A stretch of 64,000 nucleotides of DNA from the human T2T-CHM13v2.0 reference genome, Homo sapiens: the NCBI RefSeq assembly GCF_009914755.1, contig NC_060931.1; one strand, given 5' to 3'. Position 1 is the first letter of the stretch. Every line of letters starts with the position of its first letter. The notes beneath the pieces are model-generated. The model was not told where the DNA came from. It saw nothing but the letters and a program-made list of their open reading frames with translations, and did not search any database. Shown here one piece after another: positions 1 through 13,598 of this stretch. The translations under genes and the position numbers were made by a program.

Positions 1-535
1 GAAAGCTATGTGTTCAGTGACTCACTTTCTCAGACTCATCCATGCTGAACCTTTCCAGGTGCAATAAGTTAACTTGGGTAATGGTGGCCAGAGTAGTCTG
101 CAGGGTTCTCCATCTCTGTCTTCTCTTAGGGATGTCATGATTTACATTTTGTCAATGATTTATTTATTTGTCCTTTCTCCCCACTTTCTTCCAGAATGGA
201 CTTAATACATAAAAATTGTGGGTTGAGAATTGACTTGATTCAGATGAAGAGAGTAGCTCACAGGCTGGTAGAGGTTGGAAAACAATTCAATTTGCCCCTG
301 AGTCCCTTACTGAGGAAAGACTAGTGAGAGTTACCCTGATAAAATTTTCAGCACAGTTTAGAGAACATCATTACTGGCACCATATCAGTGGCCTAACCCA
401 CAACCCCTCTGCTTTAAATAGTTTTTTCATAGTGTTTTTCTAATGATTTTCTTTTATTAAATATAACACATACTCCTTAAAAGTGCACAGAACACTAAGG
501 GCAAGTTTATACAGCAAATATCCTGTAATGAAAAT

Positions 536-1025
<490 letters not shown>

Positions 1026-1177
1026 ATGAGAATACAGCACACACACCCTTTTGTGCTATTTCTTCATCGCAACATCCTTCCTCTCACTAAAGGTAATCAC
1101 TGTCCTGAACATCTACATCAGTCAATCTCATGGTTTCTTTATGTTGCGTTACCTCCCTGTGTGTATCCCTAATGATA

Positions 1178-1507
1178 CAGTCTTCCCTCAGTATTCATGG
1201 GGGATTGGTTCCAGGACACCCTGTGGGTACTGAAATCCAAGGATGCTCAAGTCCTTGATACAAAATGGTGCATTATTTTCATATGACCTATGCACATTCT
1301 CCCATATGCTTTCAGTCATTTCTAAGTTAATTATTGATACCTGATACAATGTCATTGCTATGTAAAAAGTTGATATACTATATTTTTTATTTGCACTATT
1401 TTTTATTGTTGTATTTTTATTTTTTATTGATATTTTTCCCAAAAGTTTTTCATCAACCATTGATTGAATCTGTGAATGTGAAACTCATGGCTACAGAGGG
1501 CTGGCTG
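1178..1507 (+). mobile_element. MER2/MER2B Tigger-derived MITE
   Basis: Begins CAGTCTTCCCTCAGTATTCATGGGGGATTGGTTCCAGGAC and ends GAGGGCTGGCTG (terminal inverted repeats); TA on both sides. Confidence 0.88.
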
Positions 1508-2226
1508 TAATGTTTTTATTGATTTTATACAATAGAAGTGGGATCACATGGTAGATTATTTTCTTCTCGATATGTCTTTTGTTAAATTCATTCATATTGT
1601 GTGTTGCTCATTGATTACAATTGCTCTATGTTATTTCATTGTATGAACATAACACAACACATCCACTTTAATGCAGATAGATGTATGGGCTGCTTTCAAT
1701 TTTTGGATATTTTGAATACTAGCTTACATATATTTGGTTGCATTTCCTATAAGTTTCTCTGGGGTACATAACTTTATATATTTTCAAGCATGGACTTGCT
1801 TGGCCATAGGGTATATGCATCTTTAAATTTAGCAGAAAATATCAAAAAGTTTTCTGAAGTATTTATATCAAACTCCAAGGAGCATTAAATCGGAGTTCAT
1901 ATTGTTCTGTGATGTTATAAATACTTAGTGTTAAAAGACATTTCTATTTTTCTAAATCTAGTAGGAGTATAATTGTATCTCATTGTAGCTTTAATTTGCA
2001 TTTCATTTATTACTAAAAAGGTTATCAACTTTTTCACATATGTACTGACCCTTTAGGTTTCCCCTCTTGTAAAAAACCTGTTCAAACATTTAGTCTATTT
2101 TTTATTGCTTTGTGTGTCTTTTTCTTGTAGATGTGTCGATCTTCATATACCCTAGATATTAGTCCTTTGTTTTAACTAGAGGAAATATCTTCCCCTACTT
2201 CGTGATGTGAATTATTGCTCTCTCTG

Positions 2227-2529
2227 TTTTTTTTTTTTTTTTTTTGAGACAGATTCTCTCTCTGTCACCCAGGCTGGAGTGCAGTGGTGTGATCTTGGCT
2301 CACTGCAATCTCTGCCACCTGGGTTCAAGTGATTCTCCTGCCTCAGCCTCCTGAGTTGCTGGGATTACAGGCATGTGCCACCATGCCTGGCTAATTTTTT
2401 TGTATTTTTATTAGATACGAGGTTTCACCATGTTGGCCAGGTTGGTCTCAATCTCCTGATCTCAGGTGATCCGCTCGCCTTGGCCTCCCAAAGTGCTAAG
2501 ATTACAAGCATGAGCCACTGCACCTGGCC
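2227..2529 (-). mobile_element. AluSx-type element
   Basis: Poly-T followed by a full antisense Alu, with CTCAGGTGATCC in the left arm. Confidence 0.93.
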
Positions 2530-3552
2530 TCTTTTTGATATCTTTTATGAATGGATGTGGGTCAATTTTTGTGTCTGGTGTGAGGTAGAAATCCCATTTC
2601 ACGTTTTAAAAAACACACGTGCAATTTTTCCTACTCCATTTCTTGCAAAGACCCCCTTCCCTGTGGCATATGGGGCCACCTCTGTCCTGTGTCCAGTCTC
2701 CACATGTGTGGGGTCTGTTTCTGAGCACTCTCTTAGGCCCCTTTGAGGCCCTGCATGAAAGGCAGGACTGCATTATGTAAAAAATCAAGGATTGACTCTC
2801 ATTCCTTTGCTCTTTAAAAAGTTTGTCTATAATAAAATGAGTTTTTAGTGGGGCAATAGGCTGTTTTAGTGGGCTGTGGTGTTCATGAATCTTTTTTCTA
2901 TACAAGTTTATGGATGGCCAAGTGAGGAAGTGACAGGGTAGAAGTCACAAGGCCCAAGTTCAAAGCCAGCTGGGTTATGCTTACAAGGAATTCTGCGTAA
3001 GTAACTTCTGTATGTCAGATCTTTTAAATCAAAGATAACAGCTCTCCAGCTGACTTAACAGCTGTTAACAGGATTAAATAATATAATATAGATTTTAAAA
3101 TATTTGTTAACAATAGCAGCACAGGTAGTGCAAATGCAGGAGGAAGACACGAAAGTAATAAATACCCATGTAACAACACAGCAGTGTTGAGGGTGGAGTT
3201 GATTTGGTCTCATGTAGCCGGTAGACACTGGGCATTACTGTGTGTAGTATCAGTAGAGAGCTACTGTGATGCGTGACTACTTACCACTTGTCACCACTGC
3301 CTACTTTCTGCTTCTACTATTGTTACCAAATTCAGAGAGCAGACACTGGTCTTGTCATGTTTTAATGTGGAATCAGTAGGAAAAATCTCCCAAATTTCTT
3401 TTCCAGTGATGCTTGAGTGTTTTCCATTCTTGCTTAGTTCTTTGGACTTAATCTTCACTCTTTCCCTGGGGATTGCTCTTTGTCAGTAGTGGTAATGCTG
3501 AATTCCTGCACATGAATGTCACCATGTTAGGGAAACTTCCTGGAAAGCAGCA

Positions 3553-3592
3553 GAGAGGGAGGGAGGGAGGGAGAAAGAGAGAGAGAGAGAGA
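3553..3592. repeat. (GGGA)n/(GA)n purine microsatellite
   Basis: GAGGGAGGGAGGGAGGGAGAAAGAGAGAGAGAGAGA read directly. Confidence 0.85.
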
Positions 3593-3827
3593 AGCTAACA
3601 TTAATGAATGCTCTTTGTGTGGGGTTTGGATTGCTGAGAAGAGGAGAAGGAGAAAATAAGATGGTGCGTGAAGGCAAAAGTCATACTTCACTTTCTTCAT
3701 TCCTAACAATGTCACACATTAATTAACCAGTTGACCTCTCTGTCAGATCCGTAGTTTGTTCCTCTAACATAGGAAGAGAAGCAGTGCTCTGAGCCTCTGT
3801 CCCTTCCCTCTTCTTCAGCCTCTTATC

Positions 3828-3990
3828 CCAGTGGGTCACAGGTGGTCCCAGACCAGCAGCATCAACATCCCCTGAGAATGTTTTAGAAGTGCACATTCCC
3901 CAAGCCCTGTCCTGCCCTACCTAATCGGGGGTCTGAGGTGGGGGTAGGTGGGAGGAATCTGTGCCTTAACAAATCCTCTTGTGCTTCTGT
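3828..3990 (+). mobile_element. MER5A hAT-Charlie fossil
   Basis: GGTCCCAGACCAGCAGCATCAACATC...TAGAAGTGCACATT...AATCTGTGCCTTAACAA. Confidence 0.7.
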
Positions 3991-4320
3991 GTGTGTGCAC
4001 GTTGTCCTAACCAAACTCCGGGACCAGGACTGTCTGTCTCAATGGGCTGTGCAGTGCCCTCCCACACTGATTCTGCAGAGGCTTTGACAGAAGCACCCGT
4101 GCCACCCCCCTAGAGTCACCTGCGTAATGCTGATTTGTCACTTGAGGCTGTACTCAGGGAGCAGCTGTCTCTTATTTCCAGGGGCCACTTTGTACTGGGG
4201 GCTGTGAGCACCTGTGGACAGGGATGAAACCACCGTACTCGTCTCTGGATTCCAGCACCTACCTTAGTGGCTGGTCCAGCATAGCCACCTGATAACCACT
4301 TGCTGAAATACTACAGTACA

Positions 4321-4427
4321 GAGGCAACATGATATAGTGGGAACTAGTGTTAAACCAGGAGCCACAAAGCTCTCAGTTGAAAACCAGGCTCCACCACTGT
4401 GTAGTCAAGTAGCCTTAGGCAAGTCAT
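4321..4427 (+). mobile_element. MIR 5' fragment
   Basis: GAGGCAACATGATATAGTGG...GGCTCCACCACT...CCTTAGGCAAGTCA. Confidence 0.6.
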
Positions 4428-7400
4428 ATCTGAAGGAAAGATCCATTTGTCTTTTTCTTCACATTTTTCACAAAGCTACTTTCTGGTGAGGATTGGGTGA
4501 ATTTGATCTCTGAAGTTCCCAGGATGGCCATAGACCTTTATCCGTAAATCCTAGTAAAGAGAAAAACGAAAAAGGAGACAAATGTTCATTGGAAGGCACT
4601 GTTCTAAGTGCAGTGGGATAGAGCCTTGAGCTGATCAGAATATGCTATTTTTCTTTGGTCCTGGAGTTATTACATTTGCTTCTTCAAGTAAGTTAAAATA
4701 GACTCATTTCTTATTGATTTATAAGAACTAGAAACCCACCTCTAATGCGTTTGTGGAGGTGAGAATGTACCCATGAGGAGTGAACTCAGAGTTGAATTTG
4801 GAGGTGGACCTCTGGGGTGCACTGGCATTGCTGAGTACAAACCTGGGGTCAAAGTTAGAGGTGGGGTAGGCAAGGTTCTAATGAAAATGTGCTTTGATAC
4901 CTGGCTAAATTTCTTGACCTTTCCTCTCAAATGGCAGCTGAGTTGGGGCTAGCATCAGCTGTCATCCCTCTCATAGAATCCTGGTTGGCACAGCCATCGG
5001 GAGCACTTGGAGGGCAAGTAGGGGGAGATTGGCCTGTTGCTGATGTCTTTGCCCACAGAGAACTGAAAATGTCCACTCCAAGAGTCTTGTCATGCATGTT
5101 GAATTCTGTTGGCTTTTGTGGGTGAATTAGGAGGGATTGAGATTAGTTCTTTCCTGCATCTTATTTCTTCTGCCTAGCCCTGAGTCTGTCTATAGAGAGA
5201 GGCCAGAGACATGATCGGTGGGTCTCCTCCAGCTCCCCCATTCCTCCAGTCTAAGGGGGCTTCCCTTGTGGTGGGCACTTGGATACCCAAGTACATATGT
5301 TGCCAGTGCTGGTTAGTCACGTGGCACGTAGCTGTGGTGGCTGTCAGAGCCCGGCATGGAGCCTTGTTTTCTGGTTCTGCTAACAAACCAAGCTTGAGCC
5401 AAGGAAGACAGATTGTTCCTGGTTTGTTTATAAGCTTACAGGGGAGTGGAAACAATCTTTCCAGCCAAGCTTCCTTGGGCCAGTTGAAGTGAAACCAAGG
5501 ATTGTCCACTTATCTCAGTAATTAAGGCACAAAGAGACCCATGCTGTTTGGGTCTGACTTTTCCAAATCTGAGGGATGATGGTTTTAGCAAATTCAGTGT
5601 GGACCAGATCTTTGATTCACTGTGGTCATTCAGTCGTTTCTGAGTCATTGCTGGACAGCAGAAGCAGACAGCTGAATCACAGCTCAGAAAACCGTAATGA
5701 GCTGAGCAGCATTACAGCTTGTTTCGCTTAATATTTATTCTTAAAACATGACTTCATTTGTGATGGCTATACTTGGAGATCCAGATACAAGTCCAGCGTG
5801 TTTGCTGTAACAAGTTAATGCGATGAAATATGGAAAAACCTATTTGCCTCTGTCTTCAAAATTTGCACAAAGCTCCTTTCTGGTGAGGATTGCGTTGCAC
5901 TGATCTCTACACATTTTCCTGGCATGCAGTGCTGTTTGGCCCTTTATGGGATGGGCACAAAGACCCTGTGTCTACCTTCCCAGTGGGCTGCATAAGAGAC
6001 CGGGCACAGTGGAGACACATACAAAGGGTGAGTATTTATTCTATAGAAAAACCAAGATTCATAAATAGGAAACAGAGACCAGTGTGTTATTCTTGATGTT
6101 TTATTCATAATGCTAGAAAAGAACTTTTAGTAACCAAGAATTGTATAAGACAAAAAGGTAGGTAGACTTTTCCCAAAAAGCTATGGCCTTGTTAAATAGC
6201 TACAGAAATTGATCATAAATGCCAGGTGGAAATGCTTGTTCCTTGACAAGAGTCTTCATTGTCCCAAACATATAAACAGCAGAGAAGTGATTTATTTACT
6301 GGGCTAAGCACTCTGCAAAGTCTTAAAAGGCTGTTTCCTTGTAAGTTAAGTGGAAAATTTGGGGTATAAATGTCAAAAGTTCTCACAAAAGCCTTGAATT
6401 AAATGGTAGAAATAAAGCAAAAAAAGAGGCTAAAGCACATGTGATATGACCATAGGGCATCTTTAACCAAAGGAGGAAAATGTGATTCTGTCTACACTTC
6501 GGCTAAAAGGAGCAAAAGCCAGTAGAAAGGAAGCAGGGCAGATGGAAATGTATTAACATAATGGAGAGGGAAGCTGAGGCCAAATACTGAATGCTGGACA
6601 GCTAGCCAACCCTTTGGAAAGCCAGAGGCAGGAACACGTGTGGAGAAGCCTGGCATTCCTGAGAGCTCATGGGCTTTTAATAGGAAAATTTGTGAATAGC
6701 CCAGAGACCTTGTGTAGCCCAGAGAGGCATCTGAGGCTCTTTTGCAGCCACCACTCATGGTCAGTGACTTGCTTATTTTCTGAGGCCCGGCATGCATGCC
6801 AGTGTGAAGTGGTTTTCATTAAACCTGAGAATAACAGAAAGATACAGACAGTCCAAAGGCATTGAAGGACATATTTGCCTTGCCCCGAGTCTCTACTTCC
6901 TTAATAGCTCTCTCCGTGTCCTCAATCTGGGGACCATGTCCACCATTCCCTGGGAACATGGGAGAGAAGGGAGAACTAAAGGAGATAAAGAGAGGTCAGA
7001 GACAACTTGGCCTGGACTCTTGAGGGGCTTCCTTTTTGAAGAAGTGGAATACAATTAAAACATTTCATGGTAAAGGAAATTGGGTCAACATTTCCACATC
7101 CGTCTTTCCATCTGCTTTTGCCTGAATTTCTAGATGCTTTCTTTGGTAAAGTTTTATGGCCATGTTAGGAGGGCTCCATGGTGTGAGTGCTTCAAGAGCT
7201 TTGAAGTCCCCTGGGGAAAAGGACAACAAATAAGCATGCTTTAGGAAGAGTTCTGTGAAGAAGCCAATATCCTGGAGATAATGGGATGTCACAGGGCAAG
7301 TGTGTTCTGGGATCAAGAGAGATAGAGTGTCACCACAAGGGAATCCCAGTGAGGAGGTGTGGGATTGTCTTGGATTCTCCTCTGCATGGTTGGCAGCCTT

Positions 7401-7780
7401 TTAGGTAGGACCACCTCTTTGCTGGGCACCATCTGCAGGAGCATTTCTTCCCCCCTCTTCCTTTGTGTTGGGAATCACCAAGTCACCTACTTCAATGCAG
7501 TCTCTGCAGGTGGATTTGGGAGTGAGAAGCTACAGGTGAAGCGAGAGACATTGCTGCCGGTGTGGTGGGAGTGTGAAAGGAAAGCATTGTTCTAACATCA
7601 TTTATGTATGCCGGGCTGTGCACCCATCAAATTTTGGGTGGAGATCCTTTAGTGGAATCTCTCGGTTCTACAAATAAGAAACTGGATTGTGGTAGTTAAG
7701 TAGCTTTTCTAAGAAACAGCCATAGGCATTCCCTGCCAGAGACTTGGACAGACTTTCAGTTTATGTTGGTGGAAACTGAA

Positions 7781-8182
7781 TGTTTCAGTCCATTTTCTGT
7801 TGTTTACAACAGAATACCTGAAACTGGGTAATTTATAAGGCAAAGAAATTTATTTCTTACAGTTATGGAAGCTGAGAAGTCCAGGGTCAAGACGGCTGTG
7901 TCTGGTGAGAGCCTTCCTGCTAGTGGGGACTCTGCTGAGTCCTGAGGCCGTGCAGGGCATCCCATGGCAAGGGGGCTGAGTGTGCTCATGTGCTAGGTCA
8001 GGTCTCTCTTTCTCTTATTATAAAGCCACTAGCCCCACTCTCATGATAACCCATTAATCTATCCATTTATGGGGGCAGAGCCTTCATAATCCAATCACTT
8101 CTTAAAGGACCTATCTCTCAACACTGGCATGTTGGGGATCACGTTTCAACATGCATTCTGGAGGGAACATTCAAACCATAGC
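7781..8182 (-). mobile_element. MSTC-like MaLR solo LTR
   Basis: Runs from TGTTTCAGTCCATTTTCTGTTG...ACAGAATACCTGAAACTGGGTAATTTATAA to ACATTCAAACCATAGC, matching the antisense MST consensus. Confidence 0.85.
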
Positions 8183-9562
8183 TCTGACGTTATGGAAACT
8201 CAGGTCCCAAGGAGAGTAAAGGAACTGTTTTCAGGAGCAATTGCCATCAGAACCCAGGCACAGAGTGACCAGAGAGAACTGGGGAGAACAACACTCAGGG
8301 CCTCGATGTGACCTGAGTGTTGCTGGAATGAGAGGCTGTTTTATAAAGAATGGGCTTGTTTCACAGGGAGGAGAGAGTAGCTTTGAAAGTTGAGGAAAAA
8401 CAGAATTGTATAGAAATCCATGACCAGAAAGAGTGGGTATAATAGGAAGGGCTTCCATGGTGCCAGTGCGCAGATCACACAAACTAGCCCTAGGACAAGG
8501 TCACATCTTGAGCTGTCTGCAGACACGTCCTTGGGCTAACAGCAAGGACTCTGACAAGGTTTTAAATGAGCTTAGTACCTGCTGCTTCTCCCAAAGGGAG
8601 AATGAAACAAACAACAGCAACAGCGAGGACAGGTAGGGACACTGTTGTCATGCCCAATCCTGAGGAACAGGAAGCCCAGCATGCATTTCTCTAATGCACC
8701 TGCCTTCAGATGTAGGCGGACTCTCAGTTGTCATAGATGACCTGTTCCCCTTCCCCGATCCAAGCTGTTGTCCTTTCCCAGACTCCGGCTGTCTTCAGAG
8801 ATGTCTCACGTGTATTCCTAAGCAATGCCAAGCTCATCCCTTTGGATGCTCTCACTTGGCCACTGCTGTCTGTCTCTATAGGAGCCTGTTGACATTGCTG
8901 CCCGGGGCTGCCCACAGGCCCTGTGGTCAGAGCTGTGGACCTTGCAGCTGCTGCATCCTCACAGAAGCAGAATTGCTGACCACTTCCAATCTGTGACAAG
9001 TGCTGTTTACTGGAGCAGGAGCCTCTGCCCTCCTCCCAAAGTCTCTTGCTGTCTCGGCTCTGAGCGAAGGCCTCCTCCTTCTAAATGGACTCAGGCCCTT
9101 GGCTATTCTGAAACAGCTGGCCTACACACTAGCCAGGGGCTCAGGCTTGCCTTGGTCCGGTTAGAACCCAGGTTTCCTGCCTCTGAGTCCCTGCCTTGGT
9201 CAGCATTATTAGGTGACAGGGAAATGACAGGAGGAGTCCAGAGGGCAGTATGCAAAGCTATGATTAGTGATCATCCCCAGGGAGAGGGCCCCTCAGCTGA
9301 GTCACCAGGACTGCAGGAAGACACGTTTCAGAAAGTTCCCAGGACAGGTAGACAAGACTCCAAGCCATGATACCAGGAATGGGAGAGCAAAACGCCCATG
9401 AGGTGAGAAGATCCTCAGAAGGGAATTTACTGCACACGTACGTGGGGGTGACAAGGAGAGTCCCCTTTGAGTCCAGGGGCTGCACAGGCACCTGCCACCA
9501 GATGCACTCCTTCCTTCCCTGCCTTCTCTTAGAGTTGACTTTGTGGGAGGCTTCAACAGACT

Positions 9563-11250
9563 CCCTCTGGGTTCGTGCATGTCGTCTGAAATGATAAAAT
9601 TTTATTCTTCTTTATCGCTGAATACACTCCATTGCACATATAAGCCACATTTTCTTTCCCCACTCATCCACTGATGGACACTTAGGTTGACTCCATATCT
9701 TTACTCTTGTAAATAATGATGGAGTGAACATGGGCGTGTAGATATCTCTTCAAGATACTGATGTCAATTTCTTTGGACACACACGCAGAAGAAGGATTGC
9801 TAGATATGTTTTCAGATTTCTGAGGAACCTCCATACTGTTTTTCCTAGTGGCTGTACCAATTTACATTCCCACTAACAGTGTGCAAGGGTTCCCTTTCTG
9901 TACATTCTCAGCAACACTTACCTTTAGTCTTTTCAATAACAGCCATTCTGGCAGGTGTGAGATGGTATCTCATTGTGGCTTTAATTTGCAGTTCCCTGAT
10001 GACTAGTGATGTTGACCATTTTTAAAAGTAGCTGTTGGCCATTTGTATGTCTTCTTTTGAGAAATATCTATTCAAGTTTTTTGTCCATTTTTAAATTAGA
10101 TTATTTGGATTTTTTTTTTGCTATTGAGTTATTTGAGTTCCTTTATATTTTGGATATTAACCTCTTGTTGGATACTGTTTGTAAATATTTTCTCCCATTC
10201 TATCGGTTGTCTCTTCCCCTGTTGACTATTTCCTTTGCTGTGAAGCTTTTTAGTTTGATGTAGTCCAATTGGTCTATTTTTGCTTTTGTTGCTGTGTTTT
10301 TGGAGTTCTATCCAAAACAATCATTGTCCAAACCAGTGTCATGGAGCTTTTCCCCTATTTTCTTGGAGTAGTTTTACATTTTCAGGTTTTACATTTCAGT
10401 CTTCCATTCATTTTGAGTTGATTCTTGTAGATAGGGTGAGATAAGGGCCTAATTTCATTCTTCTGCCTGTAGTGAAATAACCCAGGCACAGAAAGACAAA
10501 TACTGCCTGGTCTCACTTATATATGAAAGCAAAAATAGTTGAATTTATGAAAGTAGAAAATAGATTGGTGGTTATCGAGGTAGGGTGTAGCAGAGGGTGA
10601 GGGGATGGAGAATGGGGAGATGTTGGTCACAGGATACAAAGTTTCAGTTAGGCAGGCAGATTAAGTTTTAATGATCGATTGTACAACAGGGTATTTTAAT
10701 CAATAACAATGTATTGTGTACTTAATAATTGCTAAAAGGATATGTTTTGAATGTTCTTACCACAAAGAAATGATAAGTATATGAGGGGATGGTTATGTTA
10801 ATTAGCCTGATTTAATCATTCCACAATATAAACGTAGACCAAAACATCACATTGTATCCCATGAATGTTACAGTAGTCCCTGTTGTCCATAGGGAATACA
10901 TTCTAAGACCTCCAGTGAATGCCTGAGACTGAATAGCACCAAACCCTACATATACTATGTTTCCTACACATACATACCTATGACAAAGTTTAATTTAGAA
11001 ATCAGGCACAGTAAGAGAGTAACAATAACTAATAATAAAATAAAACAATTATAAAAATATACTGTAATAAAAGTTAAGTGCATATGGTCTTTCTCTCTCT
11101 CTTCCTCTCTCTCACAATATCTTCATATTTTTATACTGCAGTTGACCATGGGTTACCAAAACCTGGGAAAGTGGAGCTGAGAATAAGGGGAGTGCTTCTG
11201 TAGATCTATTATTTGTCTCTTAAAATAAAATAAAATAAAATAAAATAAAA
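9563..11250 (+). mobile_element. 5'-inverted (twin-primed) L1MA (L1MA8-like): antisense part 9563-10470, sense 3' end 10471-11250
   Basis: Antisense L1 ORF2-end/3' sequence switches to sense at AGTGAAATAACCCAGGCACAGAAAGACAAA; tail is (TAAAA)n. Degenerate TSD: AACAGACTCCCT / AACAGCCTCCTT. Confidence 0.85.
10871..11200 (+). mobile_element. MER44A (Tigger7-derived) inserted in the L1 3' end
   Basis: Termini CAGTAGTCCC...AATAAGGGGAGTGCTTCTG, TA on both sides, and internal TACATACCTATGACAAAGTTTAATTT. Confidence 0.88.
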
Positions 11251-13062
11251 CAGCCTCCTTGCCCTATAGGAGAACAGCTGGAGGGAGGCAGTTCAGGCAG
11301 GGATTTATTCCCCTGGCTCTCTCTGGCATTGTCTAGGTCCCTCCCTCACAAGTCACTGCCCACCTCTAGGCCACCACTCTCTGGGCTCTAGGGTTCTGGT
11401 ACCTTCCTCCTCCCACCGCCTTTCCCAGCCTGAGGGTGATGGCATCCATGCTGCTGCTGGCCCTGTCATTCCCCGCCCCACTTCCTGCTCCCCCATCTAC
11501 ACCTACACTGTCATAATTGGTGCCTTTGTAAATAACCTTCCTTGAATCATCCTGTTTCCTGTTAGGATTCATCCTGTTACAGGAGCTATCTAATGACCTC
11601 CGATTGTAAAAAGGAGCATACAGCATGGAGGGCACATAACTAAGAAGTCCTACAGAGACTGGAGGGACCCTGTGATCAAAAAGAAGAATCTTTGAATGAC
11701 ATGGATTAGTAAATGCTAAACAGCCTGGAACTTTTTAAAAAAAATGTAAAAAAAAAATCATGGAATTAAGGAGAGATCCACTGTTTGAGAAAAGTAGTGA
11801 AACTCCAAGAGCAATTTCAAATCAACACCAGGAAGCACGTTTTCATAAATCTATGCTAGATAGAAAGAACTGTCTTGAGAAGGAGCAGCATGGCCAGGCG
11901 TGGTATCGTTTAACCTCTTGGCTAGGATGCTGGAGAGGTGATACTAATTAGATACCTCCTTGTTCTTTCAAACTCTCCAAATCTACACATTCTTTTACGA
12001 GGCTAAAGGTTCTGTTTCTTTGAAGAAGGCCATCGACCTGCTATAAATATGTCAAAATAGTATTCCATGATGCTAATCCTGAAAAAAAAACAGGACTTAG
12101 ATTTTCTAGGGCCTCTGTCTGTTGTGATCTTTTGGTGATGGCCAGGATGAGGGGAGAGTGCCTGGGGGCATGTCTGTGGCATTTCAAGACAGGGCCAGGT
12201 GTTTGGGAGAGATAGGTGGAGGCCAGTCACCAGCTTCCTTGGAAAGGGCTGGCTTTGTTTGATTCCTCCAGCCTCAAGGGAGAGGCAGGTGCCTGCTCAG
12301 AGAGACTTGCTTCCTACTAAGCCCCCTGTCGGCTGTGAGTGCCATTCGGCTCATTGGATTGTTAAATGAATCTGTTTAATGCGACTGAGCTGCCTGTGCC
12401 TGCCAAACCCGACTCCAGACAGCAGCGGTATTCCACACACCAACTGCACCCATGTTAAAGGGCACTGGGGAAGCTGTGAGAGCCACAGAAAGAATTGTTC
12501 TTTATCTGAGCAACCTTTGGTGAATGTCGTTTTGTTTAAAAATCAGTTTATTTGATGTTCTACTCCCTCCCGGCTTCCCCCTGGGAAGAAACACAATCAA
12601 TTTCTCCCGGGAATGGGAAGCCCAATATAGAAGATGGTTTCCTTTTCTTGAGAATGTATGGAAAGCATATTTTTCAAAGTTCTCGCTGTTATTATATAAT
12701 AATGCTTTTGGCTTTGAGAAAAGGTAGAACATGTTTAACTTGTGTATAGAATATTTATCCTGCAGAATATTATTGTTTCTCTTTCATGGGTCCTGCTCAG
12801 TGTCTAGGAAGACACAATTTGTGTTAAAAGTCCCAGAGTCTGACCAGAAAATAATTAGATTTTTGTACTGCCAGCTCTGTTGACCCTAAGCAAGATAAAG
12901 GCATTACAGCCAATGGCAGTTACCTTCCCCACCACAGTCCCCACTTATTAGGTAGTGGTTTTGGGAGGCCAGGACCAAGGAGCAGCAGGCCCCTGGCTGG
13001 GAGTGATGCCACACTGAGCAGTTGAGGCAGGACCCAGGTGGTGGGTGCTGCCCCTGTTCAGG

Positions 13063-13598
13063 TGTTACAGGAAAGCGATCCCGATTCAGACCCCAAGAGA
13101 GGGTTCTTGGATCTCATGCAAGAAAAAATTCAGGGCGAGTCCACAGTGAAAAGCAAAAGCAAGTTTATTAAGAAAGTAAAGTAGTGAAAGTACAGCTACT
13201 CCATAGACAGAATAGGGCGTTCCCAAAAGTAAGAGGAGGAATGCGTCCACCCTAGGTACAAGACTCATTTATATAGGATAAAAAAGACCATGGGGAGATG
13301 TGCTCTACTACAAGGGTTTGTGATAAAGGATTAATTTTCTTAATTGCTATATTTTGCAAGAATCGATACTATTTTCTTTAAAGCAAAATTAGGAATGTGT
13401 TTGTTCTTAAGATATTGAGATATCAGGACACTCCCAAGTCTGGGTCTGTTTAGTTGACATTATCAATCTGTTCCCTTAACTGCAAACATCTAGAGGCTAG
13501 GAATACCTAACTTTCTGGGAATGCAGCCCAGCAAGTCCAGCCTCATTTTCTTAGCCCTCACTCAAGATGGAGTTACTCTTGCTTGAATGCCTCTGATG
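13063..13598 (-). mobile_element. MER41-family ERV1 solo LTR (MER41C-like)
   Basis: TGTTACAGGAAAGCGATCCCGATTCAGACCCCAAGAGAGGGTTCTTGGATCTC...CAAGATGGAGTTACTCTTGCTTGAATGCCTCTGA matches antisense MER41 termini. Confidence 0.85.

Larger units (their letters stand above)
9430..11580 (+). mobile_element. LTR33-like ERVL LTR (pieces ~9430-9566 and ~11251-11580) split by the L1 insertion
   Basis: The flanks join as ..CAACAG(A/C)CTCC(C/T)TGCCCT..GGATTTATTCCCCTGGCTC..CCTGTTTCCTG, an LTR33-type sequence. Confidence 0.55.
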
